Assembly: GCA_002633005.1 (NCBI GenBank)
Contig: NMRA01000117.1
Span: forward strand, 286,579-350,578
From: Phoronis australis
Lineage: Eukaryota; Animalia; Phoronida
Length of the DNA stretch: 64,000 nucleotides
Direction of reading: 5' to 3'
Shown here: piece by piece, positions 1 through 34,900 of the stretch
Layout of the letters: each line of letters begins with the position of its first letter
How positions within the stretch are numbered: position 1 is the first letter of the stretch
The notes under the pieces: generated by a model
Database searches by the model: none
Told to the model about the DNA's origin: nothing
Seen by the model: only the letters and a program-made list of their open reading frames with translations
Position numbers and translations under genes: made by a program

Positions 1-237
1 GAATCAAATCTCCATTGCGACATTTATTCAAAACTGGGTTGAATCTCCTATTTCCTGGTTCAGTTTGCACAAGCACGGCAGCAAAATGGTTTGGAATAAC
101 ATTTTCCTGTGTGAATGAACCTTTTTAGTTGTCAGTATAATTTTTATTAATCATCATCTCTTTCGATAATTTTGTATCTTCAGTTATTTCACATCTTTCT
201 GTTTTTTACGTTTATTTGCACTAACTTGCGCATGGCT

Positions 238-669
238 GAAGTCCCTTCCACACACAGACTTACGTACCCTAGAACAACTCGCACTAGTGCAACTTCTCCC
301 ACTTTAAATGGAGTGCCTACAGACACATCTGGTAACTAGCACAAGATGGAAGTAGTTGCCGTGTGCATGACAATGAACAGTTGATGCTAATACCTCGTGA
401 AAAAGAAGGCCCCCCCCCCCCCCCGGCCCCTCTCTATATAACTGTACAGCTGATAATTACTTCTGCCTTGTCCCAGTTTTGTGGCCATACAGCAATTAGA
501 AATGGCGCAAATTACCCCAGAACAAGTTCCTCCATAAGGTAGAGTAAGTTGTCTCAAGTGGGGCAAGTTGCGCTAGTTTAAGTAGTTTCCAGATAGCCCT
601 CACATCTAGCAACAGCTCGCTCCAGGAGTAACTTGTTCTAAGATAAGTCAGTGTGTGGACAGCACTTAA
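238..669. mobile_element. Degenerate MITE with terminal inverted repeats
   Basis: Left TCCACACACAGACTTA..CTAGAACAA mirrors right TTGTTCTAAGATAAGTCAGTGTGTGGA. Confidence 0.55.
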
Positions 670-2829
670 GTGAGATGCATAAATACTCCTGTGGCAGTGA
701 ACTAGAGTTCTGTCCTCTCTGTGTTGAACTGGTGCTTACATCAGGATAAGTTACATAATATAGATCATTCAGGGCATTGGTGAGTAAAGAAGGTGAGAAA
801 AGCTGTTAACTGTGACAGTGTTGGTTAGCTCTTGCATGGCTGTATCCTTCAAGCAACAGGCAATGTGTAGGATGAAGTGCAATGACATTGCTGTTGAAAT
901 GGATGACATCCTCATTGGTTGCATGTTAGGGCAAAGCACAACCAGGAAAAAACAACCTCGTTTAAAAACAATCTCATTTGAAAACAACCGCATTGAAAAA
1001 CAACCTTCTTCATAAACAGTTTGATGTTCTGTTGCTTGTTATTAAGAGGATGGTGTGTTAATGCATGGTACTGCAGTTAAAATTCCGAGTTAGTAAATCA
1101 AAAATTAATTGGCAACAAAGATTTAGAGGATGTGGTCTTAGAAGGAACAAACCACATGTAATATGAAATCGTTAAGTAACAAAAAATATATGTTCCATTA
1201 AGAATCAATGTTCTTATCAAAGGCAAGAAAACTAATGAAAACTTGTTGAAAGTTACTATCTGCTTTCAGTTTTATTTTCTTTTCACTCGTTCAGGTGGTA
1301 TTTTTATTTCATGGTGGTATTACTGACTATTTGCACACTGTTATAAAATAAGTTTACGAGTCTCATGAGCACTTGAATCATGCTGTTTATTTTCTAACAT
1401 GTGCAGAAACTCAGATTTAGCAAAATAGGTGAGCTAACCTAGCAGTAATACAGTCTACAAACTTAAAGTTATAAAATGGCGATGAAAATTAATGAAAATT
1501 GAATTGAAATCGTAAATCTGAAAAAAATTAAGACAGAACAGTTGAGTATCCAAACTATTACTCTCTGGTAGAGATGCAGATTTCATTCAATTGAAACAAT
1601 ATAATATTGTTGTACCTAAAATCCCTTTCATACCAACTTAACTCCAATATGAGTGGAGTGTCGACGTAAACCACTAAGTTAATAGAATGGTTAGTACCAG
1701 CTTCAGTAGATATATATTTATTGAAGAATACACAGAACTTACAAAGAAATAATGACAAACCCAGAAATCGTGAAGCATTATATCTGGGTTGTAGACAATT
1801 CATAAATGAAAGTAATATACATAGAGGTATATACATTTAAGTATCTATTATAAGTATTCCAATGTTTAGATATGCTATTACGAACATACAAAAACAAAAA
1901 CATGTACAGATTCATGTATGGAAATCAGAAGCAACAATTTTTATAAGTGATACATAAAAATTTGCTAACGTTGCTTTAGAGGAATTCGTTAAGAACAAGG
2001 TCAAAGTCAGGACTACCATTCAATAATAATGCAACTTTAGTAGGGATATTATTACAAGAATTGAGAGCTATTATAATTGATTGGTTTTCATTGAATGCAC
2101 AAAAGAGTGAGTCTCTCAGGTATTTGATGAAGAAAACATGAGGATAAAATTGATGGTCATCACATTTTCAGTTTTGAGAGACATTACTAAAGTTGTGCCT
2201 AAACTTGTCAGAGTTGAGGAAAGGACAGCATCTTCATCTTTACATGCTGTTTCGTTATCGCAGGGAAGGGAGTCAAGGGTGTTGAGTTATCAAAATTATG
2301 AAAAACAGTTCTAAAATAATTTTTACACTCGTAAAAGAGTTGAAGTAATAGGTAGGTGGTGCTGTGGTCATCCAAGTAATCACAAGGTAGTGCTGTCTCA
2401 TGCATGCTAAGATTTGTTTAAATGGGACAATTTGAGAACAGTTATTTTATTTCAAATTCGATTGGGGATTATTCCAGCAAAATATTAGCAACTATTAGCG
2501 ATGTCACTGCCCTTTAATTATTGACGAAAACAGTGGCCTCTGGTGTTAACTTTGATGAGACCGAAGTTAACTGTTAATACCGCACCACAGCGTTGATGCT
2601 CCGCTGTTAAATCCATCTATTGTCTGTGAAGTAAACTGGCACTGTTACCTTCGATCCTAGACCGAAGTTAACCATTCATACTGACTGCAACTCCCCAAAA
2701 CATCCATGTGTCAAGGTTATTATAAAAGAGCCTTAAGGCAGTGTTCAAATCTATTTAGGCGCGTAATGAGGTTTGTTAAGTTGTCAATATAGAAGCCCAG
2801 CATTTCCTGTCTACAGTGGAAAAATCCAT

Positions 2830-3210
2830 TGAGTCTGCACACATCACTTTTGATCTCCACATATGAGACTTGATGTTACATTATAACTTAGCTGATCTCC
2901 ACATGCGAGATTTGGTGTTATAACGTATCTAATCAGCACACATGAGGCTTGGTGCTGCATTATAACTTAGCTGATCTGTGCACATTACACTTGATGTTAC
3001 ATTATAACTTAGCTAATCTGCGCACATGAGACTTGGTGTTGCATTATAACTTAGCTGATCTGCACATGTGATACTGGGTGTTGCATTATAACTTAGCTGA
3101 TCTGTGCACATTACACTTGATGTTACTTTATAACTTAACTAATCTACACACATGAGACTTGGTGTTGCATTATAACTTTGCTGATTTCCACACACATGAT
3201 TTGGTATTGC
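2830..3210. repeat. Minisatellite, ~42-bp unit, ~9 copies
   Basis: Recurrent cacatgagacttggtgttgcattataacttagctgatct. Confidence 0.85.
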
Positions 3211-6200
3211 GGTCTGGTGATTTCTGATTAGAATGCTAGCAGGGTGCATTGCATTGACTCACTCTATTTAGGTTCATCAAAAAGATTTTCTTAATTGCAG
3301 GAATGTTGCAGCTCTAAATTTAACAAAAAAATCTTGAGACAGTTTGCCTGGCGTCCCCAATATTTGGAAACAATCCCTTCGATAGCCTTCGGTTATTGGT
3401 GCACGAGCACCCCATTTGATCCAACATCGTTCTGCAGTCTTTTGATATTGAGGAATGGAGAACCCTAGGTTCTAAAAGAGAACAGCCAACATGGTTTGCA
3501 TGAATGTTTGCTGTCCTCTGGTCATCAGCAGACCTGTTATATCAAATATAGGATATACAAAAGTGTTGTGCATTTTCAGCCTTATTGATTTGTACAACAG
3601 TGTCAAATTACTACCTAGTCACCTCTTACTTATTTAGTACTTGCCAGCAATCAACTGCATTGTGATTGATTGAATAGGAAATTCAAGCACATGTTTTTTA
3701 AATCTCATTTCTAAGTAATTGTTTACAGGTTATCTAACCCAATCAAGGACCCTTTCTGGTTCTTTAGTTCATAATCAGGTCATATTTTTGATTAGCAAGG
3801 TAACTCACTTACATGAACATGTTTATCTAGTCCTGATTAAAATTCTGATATGTAGAGTATGGCAATTACCTACTTATTCAGCTGACTTGCTCGCAGAGAG
3901 CAAAAATTATTTTGAAAAATTATATTTTGTACCTCACTAATTTCACTGTAAGCTTCTTGGTGGGAATTTCTTGCCTTGCCTAATTCGGACTCACGGGAGG
4001 TATTTTACATGTTTTCCAGCTTGGCCATTTGCCAACCTGATAAGACAGTGCAGATAGATTAGTAAATATTTTAAAAATGCCTTCTTGTTAATATTTGCTG
4101 TATTATATCTACCGTACCTATAGCATGAGACAACATATAAGGCCTCTTTGCAAACTATTAATTTCAAAATTGTTCGAACCTTTTGGGTGCTTAAATAATT
4201 TTGTGAATGAAAGCTCATAAAGCTATAATTTCTAGTTTTAGTTTTCATTGCAAATATGTTCTGGGCTCTGTTTCACAAAGGTAACTAATGGCTTTACTCT
4301 AATATTTGATCTTATGTTTCTCACACGAATTCAGAAAAATAGTTTCACTTGGGCAAAAGTACCAAGTCTCTGAGAATATACGCACACAGATGGGCTCATG
4401 TTAATTCTAATATTGTTATATTTGTGTAAAAAGTGGTGGCATGAAGGCATTTGCATTTGCGATTTGGCCGTTCAGGTAAATGTCCTTCTTTGACATATCA
4501 AAAGTTTTGTTTTTAAATACTCATGCTGATGTTAATACCCAATATCTGATGTTTGCATTTTTCAATTTATGTGCCCTTGGATGAGTATGGTATCTGAGGG
4601 GAGTAAGACCACAGAAGCTCCAAGGGTTGACAATTCAAATGATCTTTGACCTTAACCCTTTGGGTAGTTTTCGTAGATAAATGTCAAATGTTTTTTTGCA
4701 GAACTGATCAGATTGCCAGCAAATCTCCAGCAAAAATGACATATGCAACCATTCACATTACTGGCGTATTTACTACAAGTTAAGCTCCAGCGAAAACGCT
4801 AGTGTTAGTCATTCACGAGTATCTGTAAGCTGTCTGCAAGATGAGATACATAAAAGTTATACGCTGTGTATTAACAATGACATCGCATTATCACGTGTCA
4901 CATTGTTATTGTTGACCACTGTACCTGATGTCATGCAACAATCAAACTTATCCAGCGGATAATTTTGATGTTTTATGCAACCTAGCCAAGAAGTGCAAGT
5001 CTGTGCTACTTGTCAATTCGTTCATGTTGTAGCGTGTTTGCTGTCTTCTGACAGTCGGTTTTAATGAGTTGATGTTAAAATTGGCCACAGGTCATTTCTT
5101 CTGTTCGCTAACGATTTGTCATTGTTGCTTTAGTTTCCTCTCACAACCAGCAGTTTCCAATGATATAAATGGGCTGATAGCTTCCACAGCTTAAACGTGA
5201 TGCTTTACATGTGGGATATTGTAATGTGTCACTAATTCATAAATCATGTGATTGATTGTGGCGATATAGCACTATTTTAAAATCAAAACCGGCTAGACGA
5301 GTCTGTTCATGTTTTGACTTGACCTGTCACAGAATTGATAAATGAATTCAATGCTCTCTGTGGCTGATTGATTGATACCTTTCACAACTAAAAATTATTG
5401 ACCCATAGTGTAGTGTATTTACAGACTTATATAAAAGTAATTGTACATTCTGTTTTTGCTCGTTTGTGTTTGCTATATGATATCTTAGGGGTTTTTGTCC
5501 CACAGTGCGATAATATGGTTTTAAGAAACAAAAAACTATGAAAATGAAATTCATGGTTTCAGAAACGTGATATGTTAGGATTGTTTAAGCTGCCTTTCGA
5601 TAAATCTGTAAAAAGATTGTTTGAGTAGAAGATAATGCATATTCTTTTGACTAGTTTAGAATAGATTAGTGAAAGTTCTCAGACTCAGTTATCATTAAGT
5701 ATAAAGGATCTAAACCTTGGCTAGATGAAACACTGAATAGCCTAAATTCTTTTTTTTTTTCGGTAGCAAATTCACTGTCAAATTTAAAGCCAGATTACTC
5801 TTACGATATGCAAGACACTTTTAGCTTAATAGGAAGATAGCAGTGAACTCACACCCATGCACTCAGTGTCGTTTGCTGGAGTATCACAAATTATTCATAC
5901 CACCTTATAAATATTTTACACAGTGTCTTCATACATGATATGGTCAGGCTTGGATTTTTCTTCCGTAACACACAAAATACACTTACTTCTGTGTGCATCG
6001 CTATGTTCCCTATTGTGTACGTAAGCATGCGCAGACAGTCTTTGTGTGAATGGCTGTTGCCAATCCAGTTTACGATCTAATGTCGTGCAAATGCGACTCA
6101 AGTGGCTCAAGTCGTGCCCTGACAACTTGCACCACGACAACTGTTGCTGTATAAAAACAGCTAATGTCATACATTACACCAGGTACTTTAATTGGATATC

Positions 6201-7123
6201 TTGACACAAGGTTCCCTGCAGATGCTATACCCATTCAGTTAATTAGATGTCCATGTGAAAAGGCTTAGAGGTTCTGATGCAGGTAATGACATCATTTCTA
6301 AAATCATTGGATATATCTCAGTAGTCTTGTTGTGAGAGTGCTGAGCTGACCACCGAAAGGTTCACAATTTGTACGATATCCCATACTCACCAAAAATTAA
6401 AAAAATTATATTATTGTCCACTGTGACTGCAACACATAGCTATGCTGCGCTTATGCTGTAACACTTGAAATGTCATGGCAGTGTAAATAGGCTAGAGGAT
6501 GGTGTGAGTAGACTGTTCTGAGAGACTTTAGAAATGATATTATTGAGATTGGTATACGTAGACTGAATTGATTTTAGAATGAGACTATGTATTTTCTTGG
6601 GTTCTATTTAAATGATGAAAATATTTATTAAAAATCCCTCTTGGAACCAAAAAGCCATACCTTGAGGTTTTCATTGTAGTGCCATTTCTTCCATATCTCA
6701 TTGACTTAGTTCACCACTAAGTGCTCCCCCTTTTGTTGTGCAATTAAACAATAAGGACAACGTGCTGATTCTGTCTTTGGTTTCAGTACCAAAAATTGAA
6801 CATGATACATATAGGCCTACTGATCTAAACATTTTGCATGTTAAGATTCTGTATTTTGGCAAGATGTTATCAATTGGCCTCACAATATTTGTGAGTTCTG
6901 TATTCAAGTCAAAATTATATTTTTTTGTTTTAGTTGTATTTGAATTAAACTTGGTCTGTTGGACTACTTACAAAATTTAATTCCTAGCACCTCAGAGGTG
7001 TCACGGCTCCTTCAAAGGGAAGATGGTATGGAAGATTGTGAGTAGTCTAGCTTACCAGATTTAATTTGATTACAATGAACTTCCTGGATGGATCAAGTAC
7101 ATTTCATTATTTTTTTTATTTAG

Positions 7124-29412
<22,289 letters not shown>

Positions 29413-29534
29413 CCCGAGGTCAACTAAACATGACGGCAACACAGGAACTGATGTTGTCCTCAAGTTTTGAGGCTATATTAGCTGCATGCAATACTTCAGT
29501 TAGGAAAGTGTACCTCAACATATCAGACTGGGCA

Positions 29535-29603
29535 TGGTATTGTGAAACTTGTGTATGGTATTGTGAAACTTGTGTATGGTATTGTGAAACTTGTGTATGG
29601 TAT
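29535..29603. repeat. 21-bp tandem repeat (~3.3 copies) in the SEC14L1 3' UTR
   Basis: atggtattgtgaaacttgtgt. Confidence 0.9.
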
Positions 29604-31883
29604 TGTGAAACTTGTGTATGGTATATTCTAGATGACGAGTTGGTTGTGGAACAGTTCATGTACAGAGGTTTGGAAATCCACCATACATCAAGCATGAGCA
29701 AGCATGCAGTATGTAGAATGGTTGTACACTTGCATACGGATTGAGCAAGGTTTTCTGTTATGAGTACATTATTGTGTATTTTCTTGAGACTCTAGAGGAA
29801 GAGGTAGCTTAGTTTTTACATTATATTATCTGAGATTTGTGTGCTAAGACACTATAGTGTGAAATATTTGCTTGAGAATAACAGTTAGTACCGAAGTGTT
29901 TGAGGAAAAATAGACTTGTAAACGTGGCAGTTTAAATGTGATAAAAATGCTGTGATAACGTGAAGCAGAATATTGAATTGTTTCTTCAGTTTCGTTTCAT
30001 TACCAGATTTTTACTGTGTTGATCCAGTCTTGTGAGAAGTCTTGTGATCAAGGAAATGCATACCCCTTCGTTCCAACAATTGAATGCGTACAGTATTCAT
30101 AATGTTCCAGTGTCCAGTTTAGGTGGGCATGAGCTTGAATGATTTCCACTGCATTCAGTTGAGCTCCTGTTTGTTGTTTTGTTTGGTGAAGTGAAGGTCG
30201 TCACATCTCCCTCACTTACTGCAAAGTGCTGCATATGACTTTGGGTCAGTTGTAATTGTATGTATTAAGTGTGCGTGAGTTGTTCGGAAGTTCAATGTGT
30301 AGTTAGAGATTTTTGTCTTTGTAATTGTTCACTCTTAGATGCAAAGACTAAGTGGATACCATAGTGCTGAGGCAATATAGTTGAAAGATTCTTTAATGTC
30401 GAACATAATTTATTTTACTATGTATTAGTTGTTAGGGCCAATTAACAAAATGTATTTACAAATTAATTATAGAATTTTTACTGTAAAATAACACTGTGTT
30501 GTTGTTGATTGCAAGACACAGACAGTTGTACCATCCACACATTCACCTCACTGACCCAAGAAAGTGGCTTTAGACCTGTATTCCATCCAAGAACTTTTGG
30601 TTTAGAACCTACAGCTATGGAATTGGTTTTCCCTTGCGATTTGCGGTTTTCCAAAGAACTGACTGTTTGTTATTGGTAGAGGCCATGCTTGGTGCATAAA
30701 ATGACGTGTTGTGACAAATGAACTTGTAGAGTCTGGGTCCTGTTTCATGAAATCATCAACTTTTTTGGTCTTTGACTGAAATCGGGGTAACCTAAGAAAC
30801 GTTTTCATAAAATTTCTTGAGACCAAAATTTAGACAGAAACTGGTTCAAGTCAAGATCGTATTTGTGGCCCAAATGACCCTTATTTACAACTTTCATCAC
30901 TGTAAACTGTTGAAGAACAAATTTCACTTGATATTTTTCTCAATATTTTATGATCGTATGGCCCCAAAAATGTCAGATTAAAGACTGGGTTTATAGCCAC
31001 TTGTAAATGCTGATGGAATAATGTATTATCCGAACATTGGAAACTCTGACAATAAATTTAAAGCTGCATGTTGTGCCATCTTTGAAAAACATCTCTTTGG
31101 TTCGTCTTATGGGTGGAACCCTCTGATTTACATTTTGAATACGGACATTCCTCCCGCTTGTAAAACCACAGACAGAACTGAGTGATCATCGATTGCTTTA
31201 ACAGAAAAAATGGTCACTCCTAATTTGACAAACGCTGATTTTAAGTTAGCAGTTTCAGATTTTCCCTAGAAGCATTGCACAAGACCAAAAAAGAAAATTG
31301 AAATGAATTTGCTTACAAGTTGATTTAAAACCACATTTACTACAGTAATTGTTTTCACAATCTCCCTTGATTCACTTGGTGACGAAGGGAATTTTACTCC
31401 AAAACCTCTGTTGTCAAACACTCCCTGCCCACAAAAAAGAAAGGAAAATCAGATTCCCAACAAATTGTGCAACAGATGGACAAATCTGGTGAATATGGAA
31501 CAGACACAAATGAGTCCTGTTTAGTGTGTGAATACAGTACAAGAGAAAAGTAATTGGACACAATATCGTTTCCCCAGCAAAAATGACTGGTAATAACCAT
31601 TATGGGACAAAATTATAATGATGGAATGGCTTGGATACCTTACTAACTTATGTTACAAGCAAAAACCTCTGACAATAATGAATTTGCCTTCTGGCCAGCT
31701 GTGGGAGTTGTGGGTCAGTTTGACTCTATGCGTTTGGCGAGTACTATTCCCAGTTATGGCACTTAATATGTAAGAACGGGTTTCAGGCTCTCAAAAGTCA
31801 CAACCCAAGTCAGAATCTTTGTTTGACATTCATCCACCAAATCAATGTCTCCTAGCAAAGTCAACTGGAATTGTGGGTTGCAG

Positions 31884-31945
31884 TTATAAAGCAGCCGAAG
31901 TTTTAATCTTCCATCGCACCTCATCTTCTGATGTCTTCAGTGGTT
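31884..31945 (-). CDS. LACTB2: LACTB2 exon 7 (last coding)
   Basis: tttgtag|AA; (E)[19 protein letters not shown]; phase fits and the terminal W is retained. Confidence 0.78.
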
Positions 31946-34900
31946 CTACAAATAATGGAAACCTCAGTGTCGCTCAAACTTCATGTATCTCTACTGGTCT
32001 ACACATACCCCAGTTTTTAGAAAAACATCACAAAACACTGATGTTTGGCAATAGATAAAACATACAAACAGACAACTGAAGCACCACTAACTTTAAGATG
32101 TAAGAAATTTTCTTGGCAACAGACCAGCACAAACTGGGTTCTTGTAGACATAGCCCTGGACAATATGTGAATGAATAATTTCTGGCATTATAATGCCTAC
32201 ATCTCATTAATTTAGTATTTAAAGACTTCTTGCCTTCAGAGAAAAATAAAAGTGGAAAAATTATTGCAGAAATCTCACTTTAATACCTATGAGAGCATTT
32301 TATGTACAATTTTGAGTACCGTATTCGCCGTAATAACTGCCCATGCCCCTATAAGAACCCTCCCACGCGTTTTCAGACTTTGCTGAAATAAGCGCCCAGT
32401 CCATGAACGTGTACATGCTAACAATGACGTACCAACAGTCCTAAAACTCGGCTACAGCAACGTCTTCAATTTATCAAAAAAATTTTGCACGGGTCTTCTA
32501 GACCACCAGCGGCACTGCTACGTTTGTATTTAGCCGTGACTTTACACTTCAAAGTAACGCAGCGCTTCAAAAAGAACACAACAGCGTTGCCACGCTCTCG
32601 CGACGACTGCTTCCCACTATGGTCTGACCTTTCAGTAGACACGTCGACTGTCTCAGGAATAAAAATAACTCGGTGTTAAACGCACGTGGCCAGGAAGCAC
32701 GCGCTACATACATGAACCTGTCATCAAAGACATTAGTCGGGAACTATCCATTCATGAAACGGGTAGCATAGCATCGATAAGAAATGAATATTGGCACTAA
32801 TTTCCGACAATTTCTAATACTATAAAACATGTTTGCGTTATTTTTGAGATGGATTGTTTGATTAACCATAATTGGTGTTTTTAAGCCGAATATCCGATAA
32901 AATGACAACTGACAGTGAATGCTTACACACCCTTACACCGAAAAATAACTGTCAGATAGTTACGTACGCATCCAGCTACACGGCGACTAATATGGGCCTT
33001 ACCGAGACAAATGTCGAAAGTTTTTAGCACGAGACCGGCAAGTGCTGAATGAAACACGCTCTGGTTTAGGCCTACTGCTTGTGCAAATTTCTTTAGACAC
33101 ATCTAGCTAGTTAGATTGCGTGGCTCTGGCCAAAAGACGGTCTCTGCTTTGGCAAATGAACTCTGGTGACACGCACGCGCTCGCTTACTCGCAGACGAAC
33201 TTCAAAACAAACGTCACGTGACAACAACATGTGTGTTCGTCCAGACATTTTTCTCGCCGTGTTGCCGATCATACATGTAGATGGCACGATGTTGCACAGA
33301 TTTGTACTTAAACCTGCCGTTAATCCAGACTCCACGGGAACTTAAAAAATCTTAGAGACGCTACTTATAAAACTTAATGAGGATTTCAGGTAATTTGCTT
33401 GAGTCGAAACCATTTTTATTCAAGCATTGAAGTCGCCATATCGAAGACGGCGATTTCGAGGCAGTCAGTCGGCGAGTTTTCGCCCTGGGATTTCAGCACA
33501 ATTTTCTGTAAAATGATCGTAATTTAGCAGCAAAGTTTGATAGCAATGCACCACAGTTTTGTTGAAAGTCTTTCATAGATTACATATACGTTACAGAGCG
33601 TAAATTTGATGAATCTTAGCTTCCGATTTCACCCGTTTCGGAGACCGGGTTTCAACCGCCTGGGGTTATAATAAGCGCCCCCCCCCTGAACCGAACTTTT
33701 CTAAGTGCCCTGGGCGGTTATTATGGCGAATACGGTAATTCTGTATTTCGTTAATTTTATCCTGTTTGTTGCATATTGTTAGAAATATAAGTGACACTTC
33801 CTGATAACAAATTCATTTTCTTGTGAGAGTCTTGCTTTACTTTACCTTTGATACATAGCACATCACTGGGTAGTCACTAGCAGATCCCTGGGTAATCACT
33901 AGGTAATGCCTAAAAAATTTTCCTGCTCACTGTGTTAATATGATAGCGTAGACTAGTGAAGAACTCACCAACTTTAGCTTCCTTCTGTAGTTTAGTAAGG
34001 TGATGTGTGACATTTGACGCAGCAGCGGGGTAAAGGTGCTGAGGGGTGTCCTACAAGAAATGTAAACGGAGCATTTCGAAATAGGGCTTTAATCGGTGCA
34101 AGAAAACTACGCTTGTGACCAAATCAATTCCTTATAAATTCATTACAACTGCACAATTTGGGGATTACACTAAGTGATCAGTCACTCACTTCAGTTCAAA
34201 CAAAAATCCAATGCAGAAGAAGAGAAAAAATTAAGTGTATTTGCAATTATGGAAACACTGAATTGCACTTTACAGGTAGAGACCATTAGCTCCTCATTTT
34301 CACTGAAACAGAAATCTGTTTTGGCAAACCTATCATTCTGTTTTTCCATTTTCTAAATTAACATATTCTGCTTTACTAATTTCAAAGTGATAAGTTCCTT
34401 CACTTTTTCCACTGAATTACGCTGAAGCCGTTTTACCGATGACTTGCAGCATGCCATGACATGTTTATTGCATCTCGAAAACCAAAAAAGAACAGCACCT
34501 CCTTCAATAAGAAAAAAACACATGAACAAGTCTGCTCTAAAACGAGCAACGGTAGATTTTGTAGCTAGAACATGCCAAATTTGATGGATTATATAATTCA
34601 TTTAAGACAAAAATATTAAAAGCAAAGTATGTGATACTGCTATATGGAAGTTCAGATTACAATCTGTAATCCCCTGAAAGAAGTTACACTGTGTTAATTC
34701 CGTCTGTTTTCCTCTATCACCAAAAACCAGGGAATCTATACAGGCCTTCAAACTTGTGCCGCTGCTTTCCACAAGACATTTTGTATTCACTCACAATGTA
34801 AACAATTTTGACAATGTCCATAGCTGTCATCCATTTATCAGCATTAGTCTTTAGTGCTTTTAGTATTTGTTCTTCTCGTTGATTTCTGTGTGAAATGTAG

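Noticed and set aside
2830-3210. Repeat array resembling CRISPR
   Set aside because: Eukaryotic context, no unique spacers, no cas genes; an ordinary minisatellite
1-6990. Search for the N-terminal PRELI exons of SEC14L1 and assessment of short ORFs
   Set aside because: No matching exon or recognisable protein motif seen; treated as intron
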